DNA from: Bacillota bacterium
GTDB taxonomy: Bacteria > Bacillota > UBA5301 > Bu52
DNA: 64,000 nt
Direction: 5' to 3'
Assembly (NCBI GenBank): GCA_014896355.1
Contig: JADBKO010000001.1
Span: 2,497 to 66,496 of the forward strand
The position numbers and the translations under genes are program-made. Every line of letters begins with the position of its first letter. Within the stretch, counting starts at the first letter, position 1. The notes beneath the pieces are model-generated. The model saw only the letters and a program-made list of their open reading frames with translations. It had not been told where the DNA came from and ran no database searches. Positions 20,028 through 31,117 of this stretch are shown here, piece after piece.

Positions 20028-22019
20028 ATGCGGGAAGCGATGGTCCGTGGCGTGGCGTCTGTGCGCAGGCCTGCGCCCGGCGCTTTCCTGCGGAACGAGC
20101 GTTATCAGAAATTCATCCGCCGGTTGTGGCGTTTTTTATATGACCTGCGGCAGTATGGATGGGCCGCATTGAACCCTGGGCGCTGGCTACGCCGGCGCTG
20201 GCAATCGCAATCGGCGTCCGCGGGGGCCAGGCGCCGCACCCGGCCCCGGACCTTCCCCTCTTCGCGCTTGGCGGCGAATGGCACCCCGGACGGAAGGACC
20301 CGCGCGGCGGGGCTGCGGCCGTCACCGTGGGGGCGCGGTCCTGCCCGGGAGGAGCTAGAAGTGCCGCCGGCCGTCCTGTCTTCCGCCCAGGCGGAGGAGG
20401 GCAGCCCCGGCGGGGAATTAGATTGGCCGCCGGTACAGGCTTGGCCCGGCGGCGGGGGAGAAGTGGGGCCTTGGGGCGGAGCCTGGCGGAACGCTTTTCT
20501 GGTGTACATCCTGCTGCTTTTGGGGACCATTGGCTTTGTGCTCTGGAATCCGGACCCCAGCCGCCTGCCGGTGGGAATCCGGAACATGGCTGCCGCCGCC
20601 CGCTCTGCCCTGAATTGGGCTTGGCGCCCCGACAATGTGGTGGTGTTCGGCTCCCGTAGTCCAGAGGAGCTGGCTTGGCGCATCCTGGCCGGCACCCTGC
20701 CGCCGGCGGGGGCAGCGCCGGCCGCAGCGGGCCTCACGGCGCCGGCGGGTTCACAGGCCGGCAGCCATATGGTAGCGCCCGCACCGGGCGTGGCCGCCGG
20801 CGGGAAAGAAATCCCCTTGCCGGAGCGGATTGCGGCTGTACTGCGCTGGCTCAGCGGTTATGACCTGGCGGACCCGGTCTCTTTGGTGGCCCGGGAGATG
20901 CCGGTGGCCACTCGAATTCGCGTGGCCAGCAGCGGGGCGGACGAAGCGCCGCCGGGCGGCACCGGGCCGGAGTCCGGGCCGGCGGCGGCCGGAGTGATAC
21001 CGGCCCAGGATGACCAGCGGGCCGGCTCCTATGCCACCGGCTCCGGTTCTAGCGAGCCAGGGTTCCCCGCTGTTCCGGAGATCCAGGCCGTCCCGGGCAC
21101 AGCCCTGCCCTTCCAGCCGGACGAGCCCGGCGGCGGAAACCCACGGGCGCCGGGTACGCCGGCACCGGGAGCACAGCCTCCGGGTCCTGGCGCTCCGCCG
21201 GCGGGCCCGCCGCAGGCGGAGACGCGGAGGGCGTCCCCCGGTGAAACCAGTTCCGGACCATGGCCACCGGCGGTGGCGGGAGCCCTGGAGCTGGGCCGCC
21301 CCTTGGCCCGCCGGTGGACAGGGCCCTGGGGGCAGGGCCCCCAAATCCTGATCTACCATACGCACAGCTCCGAAGCCTATCATGGCCGGCAGGTCCGCCA
21401 TAACAAGAGCCAGGACTACGTATGGGGCAGGCCGGAGGGGGTGGTGTCCATGGGGGATCTGCTGACCCGCGTGCTGCAGGAGCGCTATGGCATCAGCGTG
21501 ACCCACTCCCGGGACTTCCACGACATTCCGGACATCACCACGGCGTACACCCGCTCCCGCCAGACCGTACAGCGCTACCTGGCCCGCTATCCCGGGCTGC
21601 AGATGATCCTGGACGTGCACCGGGACGGGATTCCCACCGAATCCAGCCCCGACGAGGGCCTGCTGGCCGCCTCCATACGCGGAATTCCCGTGGCGCGTGT
21701 GGAGATCCTGGTGGGCAAGGGTAACCCGAATAACCAGTTGCACAACCCGCATTGGCGCGATAATCTGGCACTGGCGGAAATCCTGGACCGCCAGCTGAAC
21801 GCGCTGTATCCCGGGATGTCGCGGGGAATCGTGATCCGGCAGGACTGGCCGTTCAACATGCAGCTTTCGCCCCGCGCCTTGCTGGTGGAACTGGGCGATC
21901 ATTATAACACCCGGGACGAGGCCATGCGCGCGGCGGTCCTTCTGGCGGACGCCGTGGCCGGCACCTTATGGCAGATCAAGCAGCAGCAGCGCCCGCCGGT
22001 GCTCTGGCAAAGGCCTTGA
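20028..22019 (+). CDS. spoIIP: Stage II sporulation protein P (engulfment amidase/endopeptidase)
   Basis: TM anchor, IYHTHSSEAY, LDVHRD, FNMQLSPRALLVELG; long N-terminal and Pro/Gly-rich segments. Confidence 0.9.
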   Translation: MREAMVRGVASVRRPAPGAFLRNERYQKFIRRLWRFLYDLRQYGWAALNPGRWLRRRWQSQSASAGARRRTRPRTFPSSRLAANGTPDGRTRAAGLRPSPWGRGPAREELEVPPAVLSSAQAEEGSPGGELDWPPVQAWPGGGGEVGPWGGAWRNAFLVYILLLLGTIGFVLWNPDPSRLPVGIRNMAAAARSALNWAWRPDNVVVFGSRSPEELAWRILAGTLPPAGAAPAAAGLTAPAGSQAGSHMVAPAPGVAAGGKEIPLPERIAAVLRWLSGYDLADPVSLVAREMPVATRIRVASSGADEAPPGGTGPESGPAAAGVIPAQDDQRAGSYATGSGSSEPGFPAVPEIQAVPGTALPFQPDEPGGGNPRAPGTPAPGAQPPGPGAPPAGPPQAETRRASPGETSSGPWPPAVAGALELGRPLARRWTGPWGQGPQILIYHTHSSEAYHGRQVRHNKSQDYVWGRPEGVVSMGDLLTRVLQERYGISVTHSRDFHDIPDITTAYTRSRQTVQRYLARYPGLQMILDVHRDGIPTESSPDEGLLAASIRGIPVARVEILVGKGNPNNQLHNPHWRDNLALAEILDRQLNALYPGMSRGIVIRQDWPFNMQLSPRALLVELGDHYNTRDEAMRAAVLLADAVAGTLWQIKQQQRPPVLWQRP

Positions 22020-22046
22020 GGCAAGGCCCTGTGGGGAGGCTTGAAT

Positions 22047-22472
22047 ATGTACTTCACGACGCATGCTCTGGCGGGTGCAGTGGCGGGAAGCCTGGTAGCG
22101 AACCCCGCTGCGGGGTTCGTGCTGGGAATGGCCAGCCATGCGGCGCTGGATTCCGTGCCCCACCATGACTATGACGGACCCAAGGCAGCCCTGCTGGACG
22201 TGGCGGTGGGAGCCGGCCTGCTTTTGGCCGTTCTGCCCGCTGTGAGCGGCCACCCGCTGCCTTCTGCGGCGCTGTGGGGCGCGCTGGGCGGCATTCTGCC
22301 CGACGCAGAGGTGGTGGCCGGCTATCTGGCCAAAAAGCATGGCCGGCGCTGGCCCATGCTCTTCCCCTCCCATACGGGCCTGTTGCCCCACAAGAACTTG
22401 CCCTGGCCGCAAGGGTTTTGGCTGCAGGTGCTGCTGGATGTGGCCTTGTTCCTCCTTCTGGCCACCGCCTAG
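22047..22472 (+). CDS. Membrane protein, possible metal-dependent hydrolase
   Basis: THALAG, SHAALDSVPH, GGILPD, His-rich C-terminus with ~4 TM segments; SD GGAGG. Confidence 0.65.
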   Translation: MYFTTHALAGAVAGSLVANPAAGFVLGMASHAALDSVPHHDYDGPKAALLDVAVGAGLLLAVLPAVSGHPLPSAALWGALGGILPDAEVVAGYLAKKHGRRWPMLFPSHTGLLPHKNLPWPQGFWLQVLLDVALFLLLATA

Positions 22473-22514
22473 GCTCGGAGACCGGGGGTTGCAGGCTCGC
22501 AGCCGGTCCTTGCG

Positions 22515-22544
22515 TTGCCCGGCCGCCGCCATCAATGCTATAAT
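22515..22544 (+). promoter_or_regulatory. sigmaA promoter directly upstream of lepA
   Basis: TTGCCC-N18-TATAAT with extended TG, ending 8 nt before the ATG. Confidence 0.7.
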
Positions 22545-22552
22545 AGGGCGCG

Positions 22553-24361
22553 ATGGACAGACGAAGCGCTCAATTCATCCGAAACTTTTGCATCATTGCC
22601 CACGTGGATCACGGGAAATCCACCCTGGCAGACCGGCTGCTGGAGCTCACCGGGGCCATCGACCCGCGCCAGATGACGGATCAGGTGTTGGATCAGATGG
22701 AGCTGGAGCGGGAGCGGGGCATCACCATCAAGGCCAAGGCCGTGCGCCTGACGTACCGCCCTCCCGGGCAGGACAGCACCTACGAATTGAACCTCATCGA
22801 CACCCCCGGGCACGTGGATTTCTCCTACGAAGTGTCCCGCAGTCTGGCCGCCTGTGAAGGGGCTCTGCTGGTGGTGGACGCATCCCAGGGAGTGGAAGCG
22901 CAGACTCTGGCGAATCTGGACTTGGCCGTGGAGCACGGCCTGGAGGTCATCCCGGTCATCAACAAGATCGACCTTCCGGGCGCCGATCCCCGGCGGGTTG
23001 AGCGCGAGTTGGCGGAAATCATCGGCTTTCGCCCCGAGGAATGCCTGTTGGTCAGCGCCAAGACCGGCCAGGGGGTCCCGGCGGTGTTGCAGGCCATCGT
23101 GGAGCGGATTCCACCGCCGGCAGGGGATCCGGAGAAGCCCCTCCGGGCCTTGATTTTCGATTCCCATTATGACTCCTACAAGGGGGTCATGGCCTATGTG
23201 CGCGTGGTGGACGGCCAGGTCCGCGTGGGGGATGTCATCCGCCCCATGGCCGGCGGCGGCGAGTTCCAGGTTACGGAGCTGGACGTCTTCCGCCCCCGCC
23301 TGGACGCCGTGGGCGAGCTACAGGCAGGCGATGTCGGGTGCATCGTGGCCGGCGTGAAGAACGTGCGGGATATGCGGGTGGGCGACACCCTCACCCTGGC
23401 CCGCCAGCCGGCTGCGGAGCCGCTGCCCGGCTATGCGCCGGCGGTTCCCATGGTCTTCTCCGGCCTCTACCCTGTGGATAATGACCAGTTCGAGGCTTTG
23501 CGCGATGCCCTGGAGAAACTGCAGCTCAACGACGCGGCGCTCGCCATCGAGCCGGAAACTTCGGCGGCTTTGGGGTTCGGCTTCCGCTGCGGATTTCTGG
23601 GGCTGCTGCACATGGAGATCGTCCAGGAGCGCCTGGAGCGGGAGTACGGCCTGGAGCTCATCGCCACCGCCCCCAGTGTCAACTACCGGGTGGTCTGCAC
23701 TGACGGGAAGGTGCTCATGGTCTCCAATCCGGAGAATCTACCCGACCCCGCGCGCATCGAGCGCATCGAAGAACCCTACGTTCATGCCATGATCATCACG
23801 CCTGCGGATTTCGTGGGCCCCCTCATGGAACTGTGCCAGGAAAAGCGCGGGACGCACAGGGGTATGGTCTATCTGGATCCCCACCGGGTGCGCCTGGAGT
23901 ACGATCTGCCGTTAAGCGAAATCTTGCTGGATTTTTACGACAAGTTGAAATCGCGCAGCCGCGGTTACGCATCCCTGGATTACCGCTATGCGGGGCACAA
24001 GCCCGGGGACCTGGTGAAGCTGGACATCCTGGTGAACGGCAAGCCGGTGGACGCCCTCTCGGCCATTGTGCCCCGGGAACGGGCGGCGGTGCGGGGCCGA
24101 TTGCTGGCTGAGAAGCTGCGGCAGCTGATCCCCCGGCAGATGTTCGAAGTGCCGATCCAGGCTGCCATCGGCAGCCGCGTGGTGGCGCGGGAGACCATCA
24201 AGGCCCTGCGCAAGGACGTCCTGGCCAAATGTTACGGCGGGGATATCACGCGCAAGCGCAAGCTACTGGAAAAGCAGAAGGAAGGAAAGAAGCGCATGAA
24301 GGCCCTGGGGCACGTGGAAATCCCTCAGGAGGCGTTCATGGCTTTGCTCCATGTGGACTGA
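22553..24361 (+). CDS. lepA: Elongation factor 4 (LepA)
   Basis: [54 protein letters not shown]. Confidence 0.98.
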   Translation: MDRRSAQFIRNFCIIAHVDHGKSTLADRLLELTGAIDPRQMTDQVLDQMELERERGITIKAKAVRLTYRPPGQDSTYELNLIDTPGHVDFSYEVSRSLAACEGALLVVDASQGVEAQTLANLDLAVEHGLEVIPVINKIDLPGADPRRVERELAEIIGFRPEECLLVSAKTGQGVPAVLQAIVERIPPPAGDPEKPLRALIFDSHYDSYKGVMAYVRVVDGQVRVGDVIRPMAGGGEFQVTELDVFRPRLDAVGELQAGDVGCIVAGVKNVRDMRVGDTLTLARQPAAEPLPGYAPAVPMVFSGLYPVDNDQFEALRDALEKLQLNDAALAIEPETSAALGFGFRCGFLGLLHMEIVQERLEREYGLELIATAPSVNYRVVCTDGKVLMVSNPENLPDPARIERIEEPYVHAMIITPADFVGPLMELCQEKRGTHRGMVYLDPHRVRLEYDLPLSEILLDFYDKLKSRSRGYASLDYRYAGHKPGDLVKLDILVNGKPVDALSAIVPRERAAVRGRLLAEKLRQLIPRQMFEVPIQAAIGSRVVARETIKALRKDVLAKCYGGDITRKRKLLEKQKEGKKRMKALGHVEIPQEAFMALLHVD

Positions 24362-25730
24362 GGCTTCCGAACCGCCGGGCTCCTATCCGGCAGCGGGCGC
24401 TGCGCCCGGCGGCGGCTTGGGGCCAGGTGGGCGGGCAACGGGAGAGGATCTGGTCGCTCCGGGCCCCCGGCCGCAGTACCCGGCAGGAGCGTCGTGGCAG
24501 GCGGTGGCGCAGGATCCGGCCCGGTGGGCGGCCCGCGGGGCCTATGTTCATGTGCCCTTTTGTGTGCGGCGCTGCCTCTACTGCGGATTTGCCACGTTCG
24601 TTCCCGCCGGCCGGCAGGCCTGGGCAGAGGACGCGTATCTGGCTGCGCTCCAAAGGGAGCTGGCGTTCTACGGCCGGTGCCTGAATTTAGCGGCTTGGCC
24701 GCCTCTGCAGAGCCTTTACCTGGGGGGCGGCACCCCCTCCTTCCTGACGCCGGAAGCCCTAGGCCGGCTTCTGGGGCTTCTCCGGCGCTTTCTACCTTTG
24801 GACCCGGAAGCGGAAATCACCTGCGAAGCCAATCCGGAATCCCTGGATGCAGAGAAGCTAGCCGTTCTACGGGACAACGGTGTCAACCGCCTGAGCCTCG
24901 GCCTGCAGGCGGCCCAGGACCGGCTGCTGCGCCTGCTGGGCCGCCCCCACGGCTGGGCCCAAGGGGTCGCCGCTGTGAAGGCGGCCCGGGCCACAGGGTT
25001 TCGCAACATCAGCGTGGATCTGATGTACGGCCTGCCGGAGCAAACCATGGCAGAATGGCGGGAGACTCTGCGGCGGGCGCTAGCCCTGGAGCCAGACCAC
25101 ATTTCCGCCTATGAGCTGCAGATCGAAGAGGAGCAAAGCGCCCTGGCCCGGCGCGGGGCGTGGGGCCTGCCCGGGGAGGAGGAGACGGCGGAGATGTACG
25201 GGCTGGCGCAGGACGAACTGGCGGGGGCCGGGTTCGGGCAGTACGAGATCTCCAACTGGGCCTTGCCTGGGCGGGCGTGCCGGCATAATCTTCTTTACTG
25301 GCGGGACGAACCCTATGCAGCTTTCGGCCCGGGGGCCAGCGGCTACCTGGGCGGAGTGCGGTTTCGCCATACCAGCAGTTTCCGGGCCTGGCTGCAGGCG
25401 TGGGAACAGTGGATCCCACAGCCTGCCGGCCAGGAGGTCCATCCAGCCCTGGAGGAATGGGAAGAGATCCCGGCGCCGCTGGAGCGGGCGGAAGCCATGA
25501 TCGTGGGATTGCGGCTGCGGGCCGGCGTAAGCAGCGAAGCTTTTCGGACGCGCTTCGGGACGGATCCGCAGCAGCTGTGGGGCCCGGCCCTGGCGGAGCT
25601 CCAGAAGGAGGGGTGGATGGAAAACCATGGGAGCCGGTGGTCCCTGCCCAGGCGGGCGTTGTTGGTCTCCAATCAGATCCTCTGGCGCTTTCTCCCGACC
25701 CAGAGCCGGGTTCGGGGCGACCATGGGTGA
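24351..25730 (+). CDS. hemW: Radical SAM heme chaperone HemW (start uncertain)
   Basis: [32 protein letters not shown]. Confidence 0.9.
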   Translation: MWTEASEPPGSYPAAGAAPGGGLGPGGRATGEDLVAPGPRPQYPAGASWQAVAQDPARWAARGAYVHVPFCVRRCLYCGFATFVPAGRQAWAEDAYLAALQRELAFYGRCLNLAAWPPLQSLYLGGGTPSFLTPEALGRLLGLLRRFLPLDPEAEITCEANPESLDAEKLAVLRDNGVNRLSLGLQAAQDRLLRLLGRPHGWAQGVAAVKAARATGFRNISVDLMYGLPEQTMAEWRETLRRALALEPDHISAYELQIEEEQSALARRGAWGLPGEEETAEMYGLAQDELAGAGFGQYEISNWALPGRACRHNLLYWRDEPYAAFGPGASGYLGGVRFRHTSSFRAWLQAWEQWIPQPAGQEVHPALEEWEEIPAPLERAEAMIVGLRLRAGVSSEAFRTRFGTDPQQLWGPALAELQKEGWMENHGSRWSLPRRALLVSNQILWRFLPTQSRVRGDHG

Positions 25731-25732
25731 TC

Positions 25733-25762
25733 TTGACAATAAAGATCGGCAAATGCTATGTT
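25733..25762 (+). promoter_or_regulatory. sigmaA promoter of hrcA-grpE-dnaK-dnaJ
   Basis: TTGACA-N18-TATGTT with extended TG. Confidence 0.75.
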
Positions 25763-25772
25763 TAAGGAGGAT

Positions 25773-25799
25773 TTAGCACTCACCGAAGGCGAGTGCTAA
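25773..25799. promoter_or_regulatory. CIRCE operator (HrcA binding site)
   Basis: Perfect TTAGCACTC-N9-GAGTGCTAA. Confidence 0.98.
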
Positions 25800-25832
25800 C
25801 ATCGTCGGTCCTTCCGGTGGGAGGTGCCCATT

Positions 25833-26870
25833 ATGCAGGAAGGAGTGCTGAGTCCCCGCAAGCGGCAGGTGCTCCGGGCGGTGGTCACGGACTATATTGA
25901 CAGCGGCGAGCCGGTGGGCTCCCGCACCATCGCCAGGAAGTACAATTTGGGCAGCCCGGCCACGGTCCGGAATGAAATGGCCGACCTGGAAGAGAGCGGC
26001 TATCTGGAACAGCCGCATGCCTCTGCGGGCCGGGTGCCGTCCGACCTGGGCTATCGGACGTACGTGGACCAGCTCATGGATCCCCCGGCGGTGACCTCCG
26101 AGGAGGCGGCCCGGGTGCACCAGGCCATGGCCGGCAGGGCTCGCGAACTGGCCGCACTGGTCCGGCAGTCCACGCGCATACTGGCGTACCTCACGAATTA
26201 CACGGCCCTGGCGCTTTTGCCCACGCCGGAGCAAAGGGTTTGCCGGCAGGTGCAGGCGGTGAGCGTGGACTTGCATCACGTGTTGCTGCTGCTGGTGAGC
26301 GAGCCCGGGATTGTGGACAGCCGCTTGGTGTTCCTTGAACAGGCCATCTTGCCGGACGAGCTGGAGAAAATATCCGTGGCCGTGAGCTCCCGTTTGCGCG
26401 GAGTGAAAGCAGGGCAGATCTCCTATACCCTATGCCGGGAACTGGCCGGGCTGGTGCCGTCCGGTGAGCTCTATGAGGCGCTGATGGACCTGCTGAATCC
26501 CACAGACGGCGGCAACGGCGGTGCGGCGGTGGTGGAAGGGGCCACCCATCTGCTGCGCAACTTCACCGACCGCCAACAGGCTTTGGACTTGATGGGCCTT
26601 CTGGACGCACAGAACCGGGTGCAGTCTTTGTTGGAAGGGGCGCTTACCGGGTCGGGCGTACGCGTGCAGATCGGACAGGAGAACCCCCTCTCCTGGCTGC
26701 GCCGGTGCAGCGTGGTGCTCGCCACGTATTTCACAGGCCAGCAGGCCGTGGGCACCATCGGTGTTCTGGGCCCCACCCGGTTGGACTACCACCGGAGCAT
26801 GGCGCTGGTGGGCCTGGTCGCCGACACCATCAGTGAAATGCTCAGCCACTGGAATCGCACGAGTTTCTGA
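25833..26870 (+). CDS. hrcA: Heat-inducible transcription repressor
   Basis: EPVGSR, SPATVRNEMADLEE.GYL.QPHASAGRVPS, IGVLGPTRLDY. Confidence 0.96.
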   Translation: MQEGVLSPRKRQVLRAVVTDYIDSGEPVGSRTIARKYNLGSPATVRNEMADLEESGYLEQPHASAGRVPSDLGYRTYVDQLMDPPAVTSEEAARVHQAMAGRARELAALVRQSTRILAYLTNYTALALLPTPEQRVCRQVQAVSVDLHHVLLLLVSEPGIVDSRLVFLEQAILPDELEKISVAVSSRLRGVKAGQISYTLCRELAGLVPSGELYEALMDLLNPTDGGNGGAAVVEGATHLLRNFTDRQQALDLMGLLDAQNRVQSLLEGALTGSGVRVQIGQENPLSWLRRCSVVLATYFTGQQAVGTIGVLGPTRLDYHRSMALVGLVADTISEMLSHWNRTSF

Positions 26871-27000
26871 TGGCCGGCGTATCCCGGGGCCTGTGCCGGC
26901 GCTGAACCGGAAATGCGGTTGCGGACAGGTGTCCGGCGCTGGTTGCCGGGCTTCTTTTGTGCAAGTCGGGCCGTAAGGCGTGAGATGGAGGGTGAGGGCT

Positions 27001-27885
27001 TTGGACCAGCGCAGGGACAGCGCAGATTCAGGTTTCGGGCAAACTGTGCAAGGCCCGGGACAGGCGGCGGAGGCATCCCCCCCGGAGGATGCCCCGGAGG
27101 ATGCCGTGCCACGGAACGGGCAGGACGGCCGGGAGAAATCTCCCCCGGCGCCGGGTGCCGACAAAACCGGCGGAGCCGATGGGGACCGTCCGCCGGAAGG
27201 GCAGGAAGAAGGCAGGGCCGGTTTCGCTGCTTCGGAGGAAGCCGGGCCCGGAGAAGAGGCAGCGCTGCAGGCACAAATGGAGGCGCTGCGCAGGGATCAC
27301 GAAGGCCTGCGCAGGGATCACGAGGAACTGCAGCAACGCTATCTGCGCCTGATGGCGGATTTTGACAATTTCCGGCGCCGCGCCCAGCAGGAGAAGCAGG
27401 AACTTCTGGACCGGGCCGTGGGAGACGCCATATTGCATCTGCTGCCGGTGCTGGATAATATGGAGAGAGCTCTGGCTGCGGCACAATCTATTGGTGGGGG
27501 CGGCAAGGATTCCAACCCATCCGCGTCCACCCACTCCATCACTCAGGGCGTGGAGATGGTTTTACGCCAATTCCGGACTACGTTGGACTCCTTGGGGGTG
27601 GAGCAGATTCCAGCACAGCCTGGGGAGGCTTTCGACCCCCGGGTTCATCAGGCCGTGGGCGTGGAAGAGACACCGGAATATGCAGAGGATGCCATTGCGG
27701 TGGAATTGCAGCATGGCTACCGTTTCAAGGGACGCGTGCTGCGGCCGGCCATGGTCAAAGTGGCTCGCCATCCGGCCGGGCCGGTAGGTGGCCATCCGGA
27801 TGAGGCAGACCATGGCCCGGGCGGCGCGGATGCCCCGCAAAGTCCATCGGATTCTGACGGGTGTGCAGGAGGGAAACGCAAGTGA
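27001..27885 (+). CDS. grpE: Nucleotide exchange factor GrpE (start uncertain)
   Basis: [43 protein letters not shown]. Confidence 0.94.
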   Translation: MDQRRDSADSGFGQTVQGPGQAAEASPPEDAPEDAVPRNGQDGREKSPPAPGADKTGGADGDRPPEGQEEGRAGFAASEEAGPGEEAALQAQMEALRRDHEGLRRDHEELQQRYLRLMADFDNFRRRAQQEKQELLDRAVGDAILHLLPVLDNMERALAAAQSIGGGGKDSNPSASTHSITQGVEMVLRQFRTTLDSLGVEQIPAQPGEAFDPRVHQAVGVEETPEYAEDAIAVELQHGYRFKGRVLRPAMVKVARHPAGPVGGHPDEADHGPGGADAPQSPSDSDGCAGGKRK

Positions 27886-29783
27886 GCAAAGTAGTCGGCA
27901 TCGACCTGGGAACAACGAACTCCGTAGTGGCAGTCATGGTCGGCGGCAAGCCGGAGGTCATCCCCAATTCGGAGGGAAGCCGTCTGACCCCTTCTGTAGT
28001 GGGATGGACAAAGGACGGCCAGCGCCTGGTGGGCGAGGCAGCCAAGAGGCAAGCCATCAGCAACCCGGACCGGACGGTGCGCTCCATCAAGCGCCATATG
28101 GGAACAGATTACCGTGTCACCATCGACGGGAAATCCTACACCCCGCAGGAGATCTCGGCCATGATCCTGCAGCGTCTGAAGCAAGACGCGGAGGCGTACC
28201 TGGGCGAGCCGGTGACCAAAGCCGTGATCACGGTTCCCGCCTATTTCAATGATGCGCAGCGGCAGGCCACCAAGGATGCAGGCACCATCGCAGGCCTGGA
28301 GGTGTTGCGCATCATCAACGAGCCTACGGCGGCATCCCTGGCCTTCGGCATGGACAAGGAAGGGGATCAGACCATCCTGGTCTATGACCTGGGCGGCGGG
28401 ACCTTTGATGTTTCCATCCTGGAACTGGGTGAAGGCGTCTTCGAGGTGAAGTCCACCAGCGGCAATACGCGGTTGGGCGGCGATGATTTCGATCAGCGGA
28501 TCATGGACTGGCTGATCAGCGATTTCAGGAAGGAGACCGGGATCGATCTGAGCCAGGACCGCCTGGCCCTGCAGCGGTTGAAGGAAGCGGCTGAAAAGGC
28601 GAAGATCGAGCTTTCCACCCTCTTGAGCACCAATATCAACCTGCCTTTCATCGCCGCCGGGCCGGATGGGCCGAAACACCTGGAGCGGACGCTGTCGCGG
28701 GCCCAGTTCAACGAAATGACCCGCGATCTGGTGGAGGCCACCAAGGAGCCCCTGCGGCGAGCTCTTTCCGATGCCGGCTTGACGCCGGACAAGATCAACA
28801 AAGTGCTTCTGGTGGGCGGCTCCACCCGCATTCCGGCAGTGCAGGACATGCTGCGGGAGTTCTTCAACCGCGAGCCCCGCCGGGAGGTGAACCCCGACGA
28901 GTGCGTGGCCGTAGGTGCTGCCATCCAGGCGGGGGTCCTGGCCGGCGAGGTCCGGGATATCGTGCTCCTGGACGTGACGCCCTTGTCGCTGGGCATCGAA
29001 ACCCTGGGCGGCGTCATGACCAAGCTCATTGAACGCAACACCACCATCCCCACCAGCAAGAAAGAGATCTTCACCACCGCCGCCGACGGCCAGACCCAGG
29101 TGGAGGTCCACGTGTTGCAGGGCGAGCGGCCCATGGCAGCCGAGAACGTGACCCTGGGGCGGTTCATCCTGGACGGGATTCCGCCGGCCCCCCGTGGGGT
29201 GCCCAAGATCGAGGTGGCGTTTGACATCGACGTGAACGGGATCGTCCACGTGTCCGCCAAGGATCTGGGGACCGGCCGCGAGCAGAAGATTACCATTCAA
29301 TCCCGCAACGTCCTCAGCAAAGAAGACATTGAGCGCATGGTCAAGGACGCCGAGGCCCACGCCGAGGAGGACAAGCGGCGCCTGGAAGAGGTGGAACTGC
29401 GCAACAATGCCGACAGCATGATCTACCAGGCGGAGAAAACCGTGAAGGATGCCGGAGACAAAGTGGACAAAGCTTTGGTGGACAAGGTGAACTCCGCCCG
29501 CGACGCCCTGCGCACGGCTTTGAACGGCAAGGACACGGCGGAGATCAGAAAGAAGATGGAAGAGCTCAGCCAGGCGGTCTATGAGGTTAGCGCGGCGCTT
29601 TACCAAAAGGCCAGCCCGGGCAATACGGGCGGCCCTGGACCGGGTGCCGGCACAGGCACACCGGGACCCGGCTTCGGCGGAGGCCCCGGTGCAGCCGGTT
29701 TCGGTGGCGGCCAGGGGGCAGGCCCGGGCGGTCCGGGAGAGGGCCCGGTCATCAACGGGGAATACCGTCCGGCGGACAAATAG
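27882..29783 (+). CDS. dnaK: Chaperone DnaK (Hsp70)
   Basis: [25 protein letters not shown]; GTGA overlap with grpE. Confidence 0.98.
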   Translation: MSKVVGIDLGTTNSVVAVMVGGKPEVIPNSEGSRLTPSVVGWTKDGQRLVGEAAKRQAISNPDRTVRSIKRHMGTDYRVTIDGKSYTPQEISAMILQRLKQDAEAYLGEPVTKAVITVPAYFNDAQRQATKDAGTIAGLEVLRIINEPTAASLAFGMDKEGDQTILVYDLGGGTFDVSILELGEGVFEVKSTSGNTRLGGDDFDQRIMDWLISDFRKETGIDLSQDRLALQRLKEAAEKAKIELSTLLSTNINLPFIAAGPDGPKHLERTLSRAQFNEMTRDLVEATKEPLRRALSDAGLTPDKINKVLLVGGSTRIPAVQDMLREFFNREPRREVNPDECVAVGAAIQAGVLAGEVRDIVLLDVTPLSLGIETLGGVMTKLIERNTTIPTSKKEIFTTAADGQTQVEVHVLQGERPMAAENVTLGRFILDGIPPAPRGVPKIEVAFDIDVNGIVHVSAKDLGTGREQKITIQSRNVLSKEDIERMVKDAEAHAEEDKRRLEEVELRNNADSMIYQAEKTVKDAGDKVDKALVDKVNSARDALRTALNGKDTAEIRKKMEELSQAVYEVSAALYQKASPGNTGGPGPGAGTGTPGPGFGGGPGAAGFGGGQGAGPGGPGEGPVINGEYRPADK

Positions 29784-29903
29784 CATGGCTGGGCGGGGGA
29801 GATCCTCGGATACGGTGGGAATGCCGGCACGGAAGGCTGCCAGAATGCTGTTCTGTAGTGCGGGCGGAGGCTCTGCGCCTCCGCTCCGGGGGCGGTGGCA
29901 GGC

Positions 29904-31052
29904 GTGAGCAAACGGGACTACTATGAGGTTTTGGGTGTGCCGCGGACGGCCAGCCTGGATGAGATCAAGAAAGCTTATCGCCGCCTGGCCAGGCAGCTGC
30001 ACCCGGATGTGAATAAAGACGACCCGCACGCAGCGGACAAGTTCAAGGAACTGACGGAGGCATACCAGGTCCTCAGCAACGAGGAAAGCCGTAGGAAGTA
30101 TGACCAGTTCGGCCACGCCGCCTTCGAGCAGGGGGCCGGTCCCGGCGGGCCCGGCGGCGCGGATTTCTCCTGGTTTGAGGACTTCCCGGACCTGTCGGAT
30201 CTGTTTGACCTGTTCATGGGTGGGGCGTGGAGGCGCCGTGCCACAGGCCCCCAGCGCGGCGCCGACCTGCGCTACGATCTGACCATCGGGTTCGAGGAGG
30301 CGGCGTTCGGCACAGAGAAGGAAATTGAGGTCCCCCGCACCGAAATTTGTCCCCGTTGCCACGGAAACCAGGCGGAACCCGGCACTCCCATCCGGACCTG
30401 CCCGCACTGCCATGGCACCGGCCACATCCAGATGGTGCAGAACACCTTCTTCGGCCGCATGGCCACCACGCGGGTCTGCGAGGCTTGCGGCGGCCAGGGC
30501 AAATTGGTGGATACGCCGTGCAGGGAGTGCCACGGCCAGGGCGTGGTACACCGGCAGCGGCGGCTGAAAGTCCGGATTCCCGCCGGCGTGGACGAAGGAA
30601 CGCGGATCCGTTTGGCGGGCGAGGGCGAAGCGGGAAGCCGGGGCGGCTCTCCCGGCGATTTATACGTCTTCGTCCGGGTGAAGCCTCACAAGCTGTTTGT
30701 GCGGCAGGGGCTGGATATCCGCTGCCAGGTCCCCATTACGTTTGCGCAGGCGGCATTGGGCGCGGAGATCCAGGTGCCCACCTTGGAGGGGACCATGCCG
30801 TTGCGGATTCCGGAGGGCACCCAGACCGGCAGTGTTTTCCGGCTGCGCGGAAAAGGCATTCCCAGCCTGCAGGGGTTCGGTCGTGGCGACCAGTTCGTGG
30901 AGGTCAAGGTGGTGACTCCCACCAAACTGAATCCGCGCCAGCGCCGGCTCTTCAAGGAACTGGCGGACAGCTTCGGCGAGGAGGTCCTGGATAGCCAGGG
31001 ATTGCTGGGCAAGATGAAGGATTCCTTCACGCGCCACGCAGGCCAGGGGTAG
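29904..31052 (+). CDS. dnaJ: Chaperone DnaJ
   Basis: [13 protein letters not shown], four CxxCxGxG-type repeats. Confidence 0.97.
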   Translation: MSKRDYYEVLGVPRTASLDEIKKAYRRLARQLHPDVNKDDPHAADKFKELTEAYQVLSNEESRRKYDQFGHAAFEQGAGPGGPGGADFSWFEDFPDLSDLFDLFMGGAWRRRATGPQRGADLRYDLTIGFEEAAFGTEKEIEVPRTEICPRCHGNQAEPGTPIRTCPHCHGTGHIQMVQNTFFGRMATTRVCEACGGQGKLVDTPCRECHGQGVVHRQRRLKVRIPAGVDEGTRIRLAGEGEAGSRGGSPGDLYVFVRVKPHKLFVRQGLDIRCQVPITFAQAALGAEIQVPTLEGTMPLRIPEGTQTGSVFRLRGKGIPSLQGFGRGDQFVEVKVVTPTKLNPRQRRLFKELADSFGEEVLDSQGLLGKMKDSFTRHAGQG

Positions 31053-31117
31053 CGGAAGCGGCGGGCCGGCGGCGCAGGATGCTGGTGAAGGCCGGCGGTG
31101 GAAAGGCGGAATGGTGA

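Noticed and set aside
27717-30551. 944-aa antisense ORF opposite dnaK/dnaJ
   Set aside because: Well-known shadow ORF caused by codon bias on the antisense strand of hsp70 and other high-GC genes; no domain motifs.
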